DNA of 50,379 nt from Paracoccaceae bacterium. Its GTDB lineage: Bacteria; Pseudomonadota; Alphaproteobacteria; Rhodobacterales; Rhodobacteraceae. The translations under genes and the position numbers were made by a program. The stretch lies in assembly GCA_003550665.1 (NCBI GenBank), contig PUKW01000349.1:1-50379 (forward strand), written 5' to 3'. The notes under the pieces are model-generated. The model ran no database searches. It saw only the letters and a list, made by a program, of their open reading frames with translations, and had not been told where the DNA came from. Shown piece by piece: positions 1 through 11,833 of the stretch; position 1 is the first letter of the stretch; every line of letters begins with the position of its first letter.

Positions 1-2
1 GC

Positions 3-1127
3 GCGACATGGGCGGGGCTCGCGATCAACCTGCCGCTGGCGCTCGTCAAGATCGTCGCCGGCGTCGCGGCGGGCAGCTCGGCGCTCGTGGCCGACGGTGT
101 GCATTCGCTGTCGGACACCGCATCGGATGTCACGGTGCTCTGGGCGCTGGGGCATTCGGCGCAGGGACCGGATGCCGAGCATCCCTATGGCCATGGCCGA
201 TTCGAGACGCTCGCGACGCTCGCCGTGGCGGCGGCGCTGCTTCTGACGGCGGCGGGGATCCTGTGGGACGCGGCGCTGCGGCTGATGCAGCCGGGGGACC
301 TCGCGGTGCCGGGGGTGCTCGCGCTCGCGGTGGCGGGGCTTTCGATCGCACTCAAGGAGGGGCTCTATCACGTCACGGCGCGGGTGGGCCGGCGCACGGG
401 TTCGGCGCTGATCGTGGCGAATGCGTGGCATCACCGCTCCGATGCGCTGTCCTCGGTTGTGGCGTTGATCGGGATCGGGGCGGCGATGGCGGGGCTGGCG
501 GCGGCGGATGCGCTCGCCGCGGCGGTGATCGCGGCGATGCTGCTGCGCGTGGCCTGGGCGCATGGCCGCCCCGCCATCGACGAGCTCGTCGACAGCCAGC
601 ACGATTCCGACACCCGGCGCGCGCTCGCGCGCAAGCTCGCCGAATGTCCGGGCGTCGAGGGGGTGCGCGATCTGCGGGTGCGCCGCCACGGCGCCGAGGC
701 CGTGGCCGATGGCAGCATCCTCGTCGATCCCGACATCACGATCACCGAGGGCCACCGCATCGCCGAGGCCGCCCGCACCAGCGCCATCGCCGCCCTGCCC
801 GCGCTCTCGCAGCTCGTGCTGCATGTCGAACCGGCGGGGCATCATGACGGATACGGCGCCACCCGCGCGCCGCTGCGCGATCAGATCGAGGGCGAACTGC
901 GCCGCCACATCGCGCGCCTGCCCCAGATCACGCGTGTCGAGGCGATCCGGCTGGGCTATTTCGACGACGGCATCGATGTCGAGATCGTGGCGGTTTTGGA
1001 AAGCGCCGCCGATCAGGCGCGCGTCGAGGCCGATCTGGATCGCGCGCTGCGCCGCGGGCTGCCCACCCTGAGCCGGCTGCGGCTGCACCTCGCCACGCCT
1101 CAGGCGTCGAGCTCGGTGTCCCAGTAG
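3..1127 (+). CDS. Cation diffusion facilitator (CDF) family metal transporter, 5'-truncated by the window edge
   Basis: Frame is open from position 3 (ATWAGLAINLPLALVKIVAG...SSALVADGVHSLSD). Has PDAEHPYGHGRFE and NAWHHRSDA CDF motifs and a cytoplasmic dimerisation domain (ITEGHRIAE...LVLHVEP). Confidence 0.92.
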   Translation, partial: ATWAGLAINLPLALVKIVAGVAAGSSALVADGVHSLSDTASDVTVLWALGHSAQGPDAEHPYGHGRFETLATLAVAAALLLTAAGILWDAALRLMQPGDLAVPGVLALAVAGLSIALKEGLYHVTARVGRRTGSALIVANAWHHRSDALSSVVALIGIGAAMAGLAAADALAAAVIAAMLLRVAWAHGRPAIDELVDSQHDSDTRRALARKLAECPGVEGVRDLRVRRHGAEAVADGSILVDPDITITEGHRIAEAARTSAIAALPALSQLVLHVEPAGHHDGYGATRAPLRDQIEGELRRHIARLPQITRVEAIRLGYFDDGIDVEIVAVLESAADQARVEADLDRALRRGLPTLSRLRLHLATPQASSSVSQ

Positions 1128-1684
1128 AGAAAATCGATCCAGCTTTCATGCAGGTAGTTGGGCGGGAACTTGCGCCCAAGATTGCGCAGCTCCTCCGGGT
1201 CCGGCCGCCGCGGCGGCTTGCGCAGCGTCAGGCCCGACTGGCGCAGGCTGCGCGAGCCCTTGCGCAGATTGCAGCGCGCGCAGGCGGCGACCACGTTGTG
1301 CCAGCTCGTGCGCCCGCCCCGCGCGCGGGGGATGACGTGATCGAAGGTCAGATCGCGGGTCGCGCCGCAATACTGGCAGGCGAACTCGTCGCGCAGGAAC
1401 AGGTTGAAGCGCGTGAAGGCGGCGCGGCGCTGCGGCTTGATGTAATCGCGCAGCACCACCACCGAGGGGATGCGGATCTGCATGCGCGGGCTGCGCACGA
1501 CCTCCTCGTATTCGGCGACGATATCGACACGGTCGAGCCAAGCGGCCTTCACGGCGTCCTGCCACGGCCAAAGCGAGAGCGGGTAATAGGACAGCGGACG
1601 GTAGTCCGCGTTGAGCACAAGCGCGGGGAAGTGGCGCGTGCCAGCCGGATCGCGCACGAAGCTGGTTCGAAAATCCATCTGCAT
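1100..1684 (-). CDS. HNH endonuclease family protein (McrA-like)
   Basis: LVLNADYRPLS N-terminus; RDEFACQYCG...LTFDHVIPRARGG..W.NVVAACARCNLRKG HNH/zinc-knuckle motif. Start trimmed to MQMDF; the alternative ATG is at 1678. Confidence 0.92.
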   Translation of the reverse strand: MQMDFRTSFVRDPAGTRHFPALVLNADYRPLSYYPLSLWPWQDAVKAAWLDRVDIVAEYEEVVRSPRMQIRIPSVVVLRDYIKPQRRAAFTRFNLFLRDEFACQYCGATRDLTFDHVIPRARGGRTSWHNVVAACARCNLRKGSRSLRQSGLTLRKPPRRPDPEELRNLGRKFPPNYLHESWIDFLYWDTELDA

Positions 1685-1757
1685 CGGCGCGCAAATCCTC
1701 CTGCCGGTTGCGCAGCCGGTCGCGCCGGATCGAGCCGCACGCACCGGCCCCTTGCGG

Positions 1758-1803
1758 AAACTATATCTCGGCTTTGCGCTCTGGCAAGCTCTCAATATAG
1801 TGT
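1758..1803. promoter_or_regulatory. Tandem NrdR-box-like 16-mers in the divergent HNH/VOC promoter region
   Basis: AAACTATATCTCGGCT (1758-1773) and GCTCTCAATATAGTGT (1788-1803) resemble the NrdR consensus acaCwAtATaTwGtgt; they start 30 bp apart. Confidence 0.55.
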
Positions 1804-1856
1804 TTGCTGCCCGATCTGCCCCCAGCGGTGGCACTGCGACACGACAGGATGATGAC

Positions 1857-2276
1857 ATGACACAGCCGCAGCTTTCCCGGATCCTTGAAGCGGCGGTCTA
1901 TGCCGAGGACCTCGACGCGGCCGAGGCGTTCTATGGCGGCGTGCTCGGGCTTGAGCGCATCAGCCGGGTGGGCGACCGGCATGTCTTCTATCGGCTCGGC
2001 TCGGGCGTAATACTCGTTTTCAACCCCGCGCGCACCGCCGAGCCGCCCGCCAACCCGAAGCTGCCGGTGCCGCCGCATGGCGCGCACGGGCCCGGGCATC
2101 TGTGCCTTGCAGCGGAGCGTGCCGCGATCGATGGCTGGCGCGCGCATCTGGAGGCCTTGGGCGTCGCGATCGAGGCCGATTTCGAATGGCCGCACGGCGC
2201 GCGCTCGATCTATTTTCGCGATCCGGCGGGCAACTCGCTCGAGATCGCCGAGCCGGCGCTGTGGTTTGCGGGTTAG
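1857..2276 (+). CDS. VOC/glyoxalase family protein
   Basis: ILEAAVYAEDLDAAEAFYGGVLGL, HGAHGPGHLCL and ARSIYFRDPAGNSLE are typical glyoxalase-fold motifs; AGGA lies upstream of ATG 1857. Confidence 0.9.
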   Translation: MTQPQLSRILEAAVYAEDLDAAEAFYGGVLGLERISRVGDRHVFYRLGSGVILVFNPARTAEPPANPKLPVPPHGAHGPGHLCLAAERAAIDGWRAHLEALGVAIEADFEWPHGARSIYFRDPAGNSLEIAEPALWFAG

Positions 2277-2277
2277 C

Positions 2278-2306
2278 TTGCAGCGCGGCGCGCGGGGCTC
2301 TAACAC
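2278..2306 (+). promoter_or_regulatory. Putative sigma70 promoter of purB
   Basis: TTGCAG-N17-TAACAC, 27 nt upstream of the purB ATG. Confidence 0.4.
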
Positions 2307-2333
2307 GCGGCCATCCAAGGAAAGGGCCCGCCG

Positions 2334-3641
<1,308 letters not shown>

Positions 3642-3759
3642 GCGGGCCGCAACCGGCGCGATTGCGGCGCGGCGCGTGGCTTGCCGGGGCGCGTGGCGGC
3701 GTTTATGGCGGCGCGGCCGGGGCATGGTGCTTCCGGTGACGGGCTGGAGCGGTGAGCGG

Positions 3760-4686
3760 ATGGGCGCACCGGACGACGAACGCGGCGCGGGGCTGCGCGA
3801 CCGGATCGAGGACGGGGTGCTCGCCGCGGCGATCGGTGCGGCGCGCCAACTGCCCTATGACCGGCGCGTGCCGTTCATGGGCGCGCTCACATCGCATCTG
3901 GTCGCTCCCGTCGCCGGCTACCGCAAGCGCATTCGCGACAATCTCGCCCTCGTGTGTCCGGAATTGCCCCCCGCGGAGGTCGCGCGGCTGTGCCGGGCGG
4001 TGCCCGACAATCTCGGCCGCAGCCTGATCGAGATCTTCTCGCCGCAGGATCTACTGCGCCGAGCCGAACACACGCCGCTGACGGGGCCCGGCTTCGAGGT
4101 GATCGAGGCCGCCCGCGCCGCGGGGCGCCCCGCGATCATCGTCACCGGCCATATCGGCAATTACGAAATCGCGCGCGCGGCGCTGCAGGCGCGCGGCTAC
4201 AGCGTCGGGGCGCTCTACAAGCCGATGCGCAACCGCTACTTCAACGCGCGCTACCTGCGCGCGATGTCGCATATCGACACGCCGCTCTTCGCGCGCAGCC
4301 GCGACGGGCTGGCCCGGATGATCCGGTTCCTGCGCGGCGGCGGCCTGCTGTGCATCGTGGTCGACCAGCGGATCGCGCGGGGCGCGCCGCTGCGCTTCTT
4401 CGGGCACGAGGCGCGAACGGCGCTGTCTGCGGCCGAACTCGCGCTGCGCTTCGGCGCGCCGCTGGTGCCGGGCTACGCGATCCGCCGGCCCGACGGGCTT
4501 AACTTCGATGTCAGCTTCGAGGCCCCGGTGGCGCGCGACACCCCAGAGGCGATGACGCAGGCGCTCAATGACAGCCTGGAGGTGCAGGTGCGCGCCCACA
4601 TGGATCAGTGGCTGTGGACCCACCGGCGCTGGAAACTGCCGCGGCGTCAGTCCGCGGGGCGGGCCGAACCCAGGATCCGCCCCTGA
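3760..4686 (+). CDS. Lipid A / lysophospholipid acyltransferase (LpxL/HtrB family)
   Basis: TGHIGNYE (HxxxxE), VVDQ, FFG, C-terminal DQWLWTHRRWK. The start codon is uncertain. Confidence 0.88.
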   Translation: MGAPDDERGAGLRDRIEDGVLAAAIGAARQLPYDRRVPFMGALTSHLVAPVAGYRKRIRDNLALVCPELPPAEVARLCRAVPDNLGRSLIEIFSPQDLLRRAEHTPLTGPGFEVIEAARAAGRPAIIVTGHIGNYEIARAALQARGYSVGALYKPMRNRYFNARYLRAMSHIDTPLFARSRDGLARMIRFLRGGGLLCIVVDQRIARGAPLRFFGHEARTALSAAELALRFGAPLVPGYAIRRPDGLNFDVSFEAPVARDTPEAMTQALNDSLEVQVRAHMDQWLWTHRRWKLPRRQSAGRAEPRIRP

Positions 4687-5360
4687 CCGGCGCGCTGCAC
4701 GAAGGCGGCCACTTCTGCATCGGCATCGACCTGCACCACGACGCTCAGCTCGCCGCGCCCGTCCCAGCGCTCGACGGTCTCGAGCCTGGTGACGACATTC
4801 GTGTAGGTGATCTCGCGGCCGGCATTCTCACCGCTCTCGATGGCGACGGTCCGGCGCGGGGTATACTGGACGACCTTCACGTCGAGCGGCTCGGCAATCG
4901 TCAGCAGCGGCTCGCCCGTCAGGTGCAGCGTCGCCCCGTCGCGCTCGAGCGACAGCCGAACGAAAGGGCCGCGGGCGCGGGCGCGGCGGATCGCGTCCAT
5001 CACCCGCATCGCCCGGTTTCCCTTCACCCGCTCGCCGCCGCCGATGACCATCTCCGGCGTGTAGACCTTGCTCGATGCGTTGGCGAGGGCGTAGCGGCGC
5101 TGGCGATCCGAGAAGGCGGGCTTGGCGAAACGATCCGCCCAGCCGATGTAATCCCAGTAATCGACATGCAGCCCGAGCGCGATCACGTCGTCGCGCTCGG
5201 CGAGATCCTCGAGGAAACGATCGGCGGGCGGGCAGGCCGAGCAGCCCTGCGACGTGAAGAGCTCGACAACGACGGGTGCGGTATCCGCACGTGCCGCAAA
5301 CGCGCCGAACCAGCCCAGGAGGCCAGCCAGCGCTGCCACCGCGATCATCACTCGATGCAT
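4647..5360 (-). CDS. Exported thioredoxin-like DUF1223 family protein
   Basis: Signal peptide followed by VVELFTSQGCSACPPAD, HVDYWDYIGWAD and GENAGREITY. Confidence 0.9.
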   Translation of the reverse strand: MHRVMIAVAALAGLLGWFGAFAARADTAPVVVELFTSQGCSACPPADRFLEDLAERDDVIALGLHVDYWDYIGWADRFAKPAFSDRQRRYALANASSKVYTPEMVIGGGERVKGNRAMRVMDAIRRARARGPFVRLSLERDGATLHLTGEPLLTIAEPLDVKVVQYTPRRTVAIESGENAGREITYTNVVTRLETVERWDGRGELSVVVQVDADAEVAAFVQRAGQGRILGSARPAD

Positions 5361-5469
5361 CCCGAACGCACTCCGCCTCTGTTGCTCGCCCGCAGTAGCT
5401 TCGGTCGCCGGATTCGGCCAATCAAGGTTTAGCGAGATGCTCCGGCGCGGCTGATGCGTTCCGGCAACT

Positions 5470-5489
5470 TTGTGCACCACGGTATACAA
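5470..5489. promoter_or_regulatory. Imperfect palindrome between divergent DUF1223 gene and acnA, candidate TF site
   Basis: TTGTGCACC-AC-GGTATACAA; 7 of 9 arm positions are complementary, in an AT-richer intergenic patch. Confidence 0.4.
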
Positions 5490-5578
5490 TTTTGACCGCT
5501 CCCCCTCTTGATTAGAGGCGCAGGATGCGTCATTGCAGACATGACCCCACCCGCATCACCGTCAGGGAGGCTTTCCCG

Positions 5579-8332
<2,754 letters not shown>

Positions 8333-8355
8333 GGGCATCGGCATCGTGCCCCTGG

Positions 8356-8383
8356 CGCCCGCGGCTTCGGCCGCGGGCGTTTT
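8356..8383 (+). terminator. Rho-independent terminator of acnA
   Basis: CGCCCGCGGC-TTCG-GCCGCGGGCG: perfect 10-bp stem with a UUCG loop, followed by TTTT. Confidence 0.85.
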
Positions 8384-8427
8384 CATGCGGGGTTTTCACG
8401 GCGCCGCTGCGGGGCTATGTCACGCGC

Positions 8428-9780
8428 ATGAGCGAGACACTTCACATCGTCGGCGGCGGAATGGCTGGAAGCGAGGCCGCCTGGCAGGCCGCGCAGGCCG
8501 GGGTGCCCGTCGTAATCCACGAAATGCGCCCCGATGTGGGCACCTTCGCGCATCACACCGGCAACCTCGCGGAGATGGTGTGCTCGAACTCCTTTCGCTC
8601 CGACGATGACGAGCAGAACGCCGTAGGGCTGCTGCACTGGGAGATGCGCGCGGCGGGCGGGCTGGTGATGGCGATGGCGGATGCGCATGCCCTGCCCGCC
8701 GGCGGCGCGCTTGCCGTGGACCGCGAGCCCTTCGCCGAGGCCGTCACCGCCCGGCTGCGGGAGCATCTGAACGTGACGGTGCAAACCGGCGAGATCACCG
8801 CCCTGCCCGATGACGGCCGCTGGATCATCGCGACCGGCCCGCTCACCTCCGGCGCGCTCGCCGAGGCGATCCGGGCCGAGACTGGGGCCGAGGCGCTTGC
8901 CTTTTTCGACGCCATCGCGCCGATCGTCCATGTCGACAGCATAGACATGTCGAAGGCGTGGTTTCAGTCGCGCTACGACAAGGGCGAGACCGAGGCGCAG
9001 CGCACCGCCTATCTCAACTGCCCGATGGACCGCGACCAGTACGAGGCCTTCATCGACGCCCTGCTCGCCGCCGAGAAGACGACCTTCAAGCCCGGCGAGA
9101 CGGCGCAGTATTTCGACGGCTGTCTTCCCATCGAGGTGATGGCCGAGCGCGGGCGCGAGACGCTGCGCCACGGCCCGATGAAGCCCGTGGGCCTGACGAA
9201 CCCGCATCAGCCCGAAATCAAGCCGCACGCCGTGGTGCAGCTGCGCCGCGACAACGCGCTTGGCACGCTGTTCAACATCGTCGGCTTTCAGACCAAGATG
9301 AAATACGGCGCGCAGACCGAGGTGCTGCGGATGATCCCGGGGCTCGAGAATGCGCGCTTCGCCCGGCTCGGCGGCATTCACCGCAACACCTTCCTCAACG
9401 CGCCCACCCTGCTCGACGCCGAGATGCGGCTGCGCACGCGCCCGCATATCCGCTTTGCCGGGCAGATCACCGGCGTCGAGGGCTATGTCGAGAGCGCGGC
9501 GATGGGGCTCGTGGCCGGGCGGCTCGCCGCCGGCGAGATCCTGGGCCATCCGGCGGGCACGCCGCCGCCCGAGACGGCGATGGGCGCGCTGATCAATCAC
9601 ATCACCGGCGGCGCCGACGCCAAGACATTCCAGCCCATGAACGTCAATTTCGGCCTCTTCCCGCCCATCGAGGCGCGGGGCGGGCGCCGGGGCCGGCGCG
9701 ACCGCTACAAGGCCTATACAGACCGCGCCAAGACGGCTTTCAATCAGTGGCTTGCGGCGCAACGCTGCGATGCCGCCTGA
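8428..9780 (+). CDS. trmFO: Folate/FAD-dependent tRNA (uracil-5)-methyltransferase TrmFO (Gid)
   Basis: [63 protein letters not shown]. Confidence 0.97.
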   Translation: MSETLHIVGGGMAGSEAAWQAAQAGVPVVIHEMRPDVGTFAHHTGNLAEMVCSNSFRSDDDEQNAVGLLHWEMRAAGGLVMAMADAHALPAGGALAVDREPFAEAVTARLREHLNVTVQTGEITALPDDGRWIIATGPLTSGALAEAIRAETGAEALAFFDAIAPIVHVDSIDMSKAWFQSRYDKGETEAQRTAYLNCPMDRDQYEAFIDALLAAEKTTFKPGETAQYFDGCLPIEVMAERGRETLRHGPMKPVGLTNPHQPEIKPHAVVQLRRDNALGTLFNIVGFQTKMKYGAQTEVLRMIPGLENARFARLGGIHRNTFLNAPTLLDAEMRLRTRPHIRFAGQITGVEGYVESAAMGLVAGRLAAGEILGHPAGTPPPETAMGALINHITGGADAKTFQPMNVNFGLFPPIEARGGRRGRRDRYKAYTDRAKTAFNQWLAAQRCDAA

Positions 9781-10621
9781 AGCTTGCCGGACCCGTTTCG
9801 CGCCTTCCCCGACGGGACTCCTGCATCTCGGGCATGCCTTTTCGGCGCTCACGGCGCATGATCGGGCGACCGCGGCGCGCGGGACGATGCTGCTGCGGAT
9901 CGAGGATATCGACACGCCGCGCTGCAAGCCGGAATTCGAGGCGGCGATCCTCGAGGATCTGCGCTGGCTCGGGCTCGACTGGCCGGAGCCGGTGCTGCGC
10001 CAGTCGGAGCGCCACGCCGCTTATCGCGCCGCGCTCGACGCGCTCATCGCGCAGGGCGTGTGCTACCCGTGCCGCTGCACGCGCCGCGACATCCGCGCCG
10101 CGCAATCGGCGCCGCACAGCCCCGCCCCCGCCTATCCGGGCACCTGCCGGGGCCGGCCGATGGCCGAGGCTGGCGCGGATGACGCGATCCGCCTCGACAT
10201 GGCGCGCGCGCTTGACGCGGCGGGTGCCGGGCTTGGCTTCGAGGAGACGGGTCCGGAGCGCGCCGGCTGGCACGCGCTCGATCCGGCGGCGCTGCAGCAC
10301 GAGATCGGCGATGTGGTGCTCGCGCGGCGCGATATCGGCACCTCCTATCACATCGCCGTCATCATCGACGACTCCGCGCAGGGCATCACCGAGGTCGTGC
10401 GGGGCATGGACCTGTTCGATCAGACGCCGCTGCACCGGCTGCTGCAGGCGCTGCTCGGGCTCCGCGCGCCGGTCTGGCACCATCACCGGCTGATCCGCGA
10501 CGAGGACGGCCGGCGCCTCGCCAAGCGCGACGATGCGCGCGCGATCCGGCGCTACCGCGACAACGGGCTGAGCCCGGGCGATCTGCGCGCGCGGCTCGGC
10601 CTCACGCCACCGGCGCCATGA
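9770..10621 (+). CDS. gluQ: tRNA glutamyl-Q(34) synthetase GluQRS
   Basis: [21 protein letters not shown], CxC...YPGTC zinc motif, RLAKR; short, with no anticodon-binding domain. Confidence 0.93.
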   Translation: MPPEACRTRFAPSPTGLLHLGHAFSALTAHDRATAARGTMLLRIEDIDTPRCKPEFEAAILEDLRWLGLDWPEPVLRQSERHAAYRAALDALIAQGVCYPCRCTRRDIRAAQSAPHSPAPAYPGTCRGRPMAEAGADDAIRLDMARALDAAGAGLGFEETGPERAGWHALDPAALQHEIGDVVLARRDIGTSYHIAVIIDDSAQGITEVVRGMDLFDQTPLHRLLQALLGLRAPVWHHHRLIRDEDGRRLAKRDDARAIRRYRDNGLSPGDLRARLGLTPPAP

Positions 10622-10961
10622 TCTCGACCTCCTCGCCGTCACGAAGCGCTGTATAGAAGCAGCTTTCGCGGCCGGTGTGACAGGCGGGGCCGGTCTGCTC
10701 GATGAGCGCGAGCAGGCAATCGCGGTCGCAATCGATGCGCAGCTCGCGCAGCGCCTGCACATGGCCGCTCGTCTCGCCCTTGACCCAGAAGGCCTGCCGC
10801 GATCGCGACCAGTAGGTCATCCGCCCGTTCGCGAGCGTGCGTGCCACCGCCTCGGCGTTCATCCACGCCATCATCAGCACCGCGCCGCTTGCATGATCCT
10901 GTGCGATGACCGGGATGAGTCCGTTCGCATCGTATCGCAGGGTTGCCGGGTCGAATGCCAT
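10602..10961 (-). CDS. hisI: Phosphoribosyl-AMP cyclohydrolase
   Basis: VLMMAWMN, YWSRSR, WVKGETSGHVQ, DCDRD, ACHTGRESCF. Confidence 0.96.
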   Translation of the reverse strand: MAFDPATLRYDANGLIPVIAQDHASGAVLMMAWMNAEAVARTLANGRMTYWSRSRQAFWVKGETSGHVQALRELRIDCDRDCLLALIEQTGPACHTGRESCFYTALRDGEEVEIMAPVA

Positions 10962-11026
10962 GTCGCTATCCTTTCCACCGCGCTGCAAGCGCCCTAGGTA
11001 GCGGGGCGCAGCGATGGGGGAAAGAC

Positions 11027-11479
11027 GTGAGCACCGAAACCGACCTGATCAAGCTCTATTCGGGCCGCATCCTCGAGCTTGCGGCCGACATTCCGCATGC
11101 CGAGCGGCTCGCGGCCCCGATGGCCAGCGCCAAGCGCCGCTCGCCGCTGTGCGGCTCGACGGTGACGGCGGATGTCACGCTGCGCGACGGCCGCGTCGCG
11201 GAATTCGGCCAGGAGGTGAAGGCCTGCGCGCTCGGGCAGGCGGCGGCGGCGGTGCTCGGTGCGAATATCATCGGGCGCGACCGTTCAGCGATCGCACGGG
11301 CGCGTGATGACCTGCACGCGATGCTCAAGGAGGGCGGCGATGCCCCGGCCCCGCCCTTCGACGGGCTCGAGGTGCTGCTGCCGGCGCGCGACTACAAGAA
11401 TCGCCACGCCTCGATCATGCTCGCCTTCGACGCGACGCTCGAAGCGATCGACGAGGCGGCCAAGGCCGACTGCGCCTGA
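11027..11479 (+). CDS. NifU/IscU-like Fe-S scaffold family protein (alphaproteobacterial type)
   Basis: GTG start; KLYSGRILELA, SPLCGS, KACALGQA, RHASIML. Confidence 0.85.
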   Translation: MSTETDLIKLYSGRILELAADIPHAERLAAPMASAKRRSPLCGSTVTADVTLRDGRVAEFGQEVKACALGQAAAAVLGANIIGRDRSAIARARDDLHAMLKEGGDAPAPPFDGLEVLLPARDYKNRHASIMLAFDATLEAIDEAAKADCA

Positions 11480-11496
11480 ACCGACGGATTGTACTG

Positions 11497-11528
11497 AAAA
11501 GGCCGCCGCACCGGGTCGGCGCGGCGGC
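11497..11528 (-). terminator. Rho-independent terminator for the minus-strand small-ORF transcript
   Basis: Minus strand reads GCCGCCGC-loop-GCGGCGGC-CTTTT (plus strand: AAAA at 11497-11500, arms at 11502-11509 and 11521-11528). Confidence 0.7.
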
Positions 11529-11618
11529 AAGTGGCGTGTCTGAATGTCGGACGGGATGCGCGCGGGACAGGGGCGCATCCCGTGGCGGCGCAACGCCGCC
11601 GTCAGACCGCTGGGCAGA
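11497..11618 (-). ncRNA. Structured 3' UTR, candidate 3'-derived small RNA
   Basis: Hairpins GGCGGCG/CGCCGCC (11584-11600) and ACGGGATGCGC/GCGCATCCCGT (11551-11583, C-rich loop on the minus strand), enclosed by GTCTGA/TCAGAC (11538-11543, 11602-11607), then the terminator. Confidence 0.4.
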
Positions 11619-11741
11619 TCAGAACAGAAGCGGAAGGTGCAGTCCGGCCCAGAGCAGGACCGCAAGCGAGGTCGCGCCGATTGCGTCCTGCAGGAGTGTG
11701 GGCCGCGAACGCGCAATAACGCAGGTTAGTTCGTCGAGCAT
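11619..11741 (-). CDS. 40-aa small hydrophobic (membrane) protein, putatively SOS-regulated; not in the ORF track
   Basis: ATG at 11741 preceded by GGAAGG. Translation MLDELTCVIARSRPTLLQDAIGATSLAVLLWAGLHLPLLF*, with a C-terminal hydrophobic helix. It has its own upstream operator region and downstream terminator. Confidence 0.8.
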   Translation of the reverse strand: MLDELTCVIARSRPTLLQDAIGATSLAVLLWAGLHLPLLF

Positions 11742-11762
11742 TTTCTGGCCTTCCGTTACGGT

Positions 11763-11825
11763 GTTGTTATTTTGTTCTCATATTTCGCCGCGCCGATCAA
11801 GAACTTTTTAAGAACTTACGAGAAC
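11763..11825 (-). promoter_or_regulatory. Alphaproteobacterial LexA (SOS) boxes overlapping a putative promoter
   Basis: GAAC-TTTTTAA-GAAC (11801-11815) is a perfect GAAC-N7-GAAC, i.e. GTTC-N7-GTTC on the minus strand. An extra GAAC lies at 11822-11825 and GTTG-N7-GTTC at 11763-11777. A minus-strand TTGATC (-35-like) abuts the perfect box. Confidence 0.8.
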
Positions 11826-11833
11826 AAACGAGA

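Noticed and set aside
1100-1684. HNH gene as a restriction, CRISPR or homing system
   Set aside because: No methyltransferase, cas gene, repeat array, intron or integrase nearby; it looks like the conserved stand-alone chromosomal type.
11285-11811. Track ORFs 11285-11716(-), 11531-11719(+), 11536-11811(+), 11544-11729(+)
   Set aside because: No convincing RBS or protein-like composition. The 40-aa minus-strand ORF with RBS, operator and terminator explains the region better.
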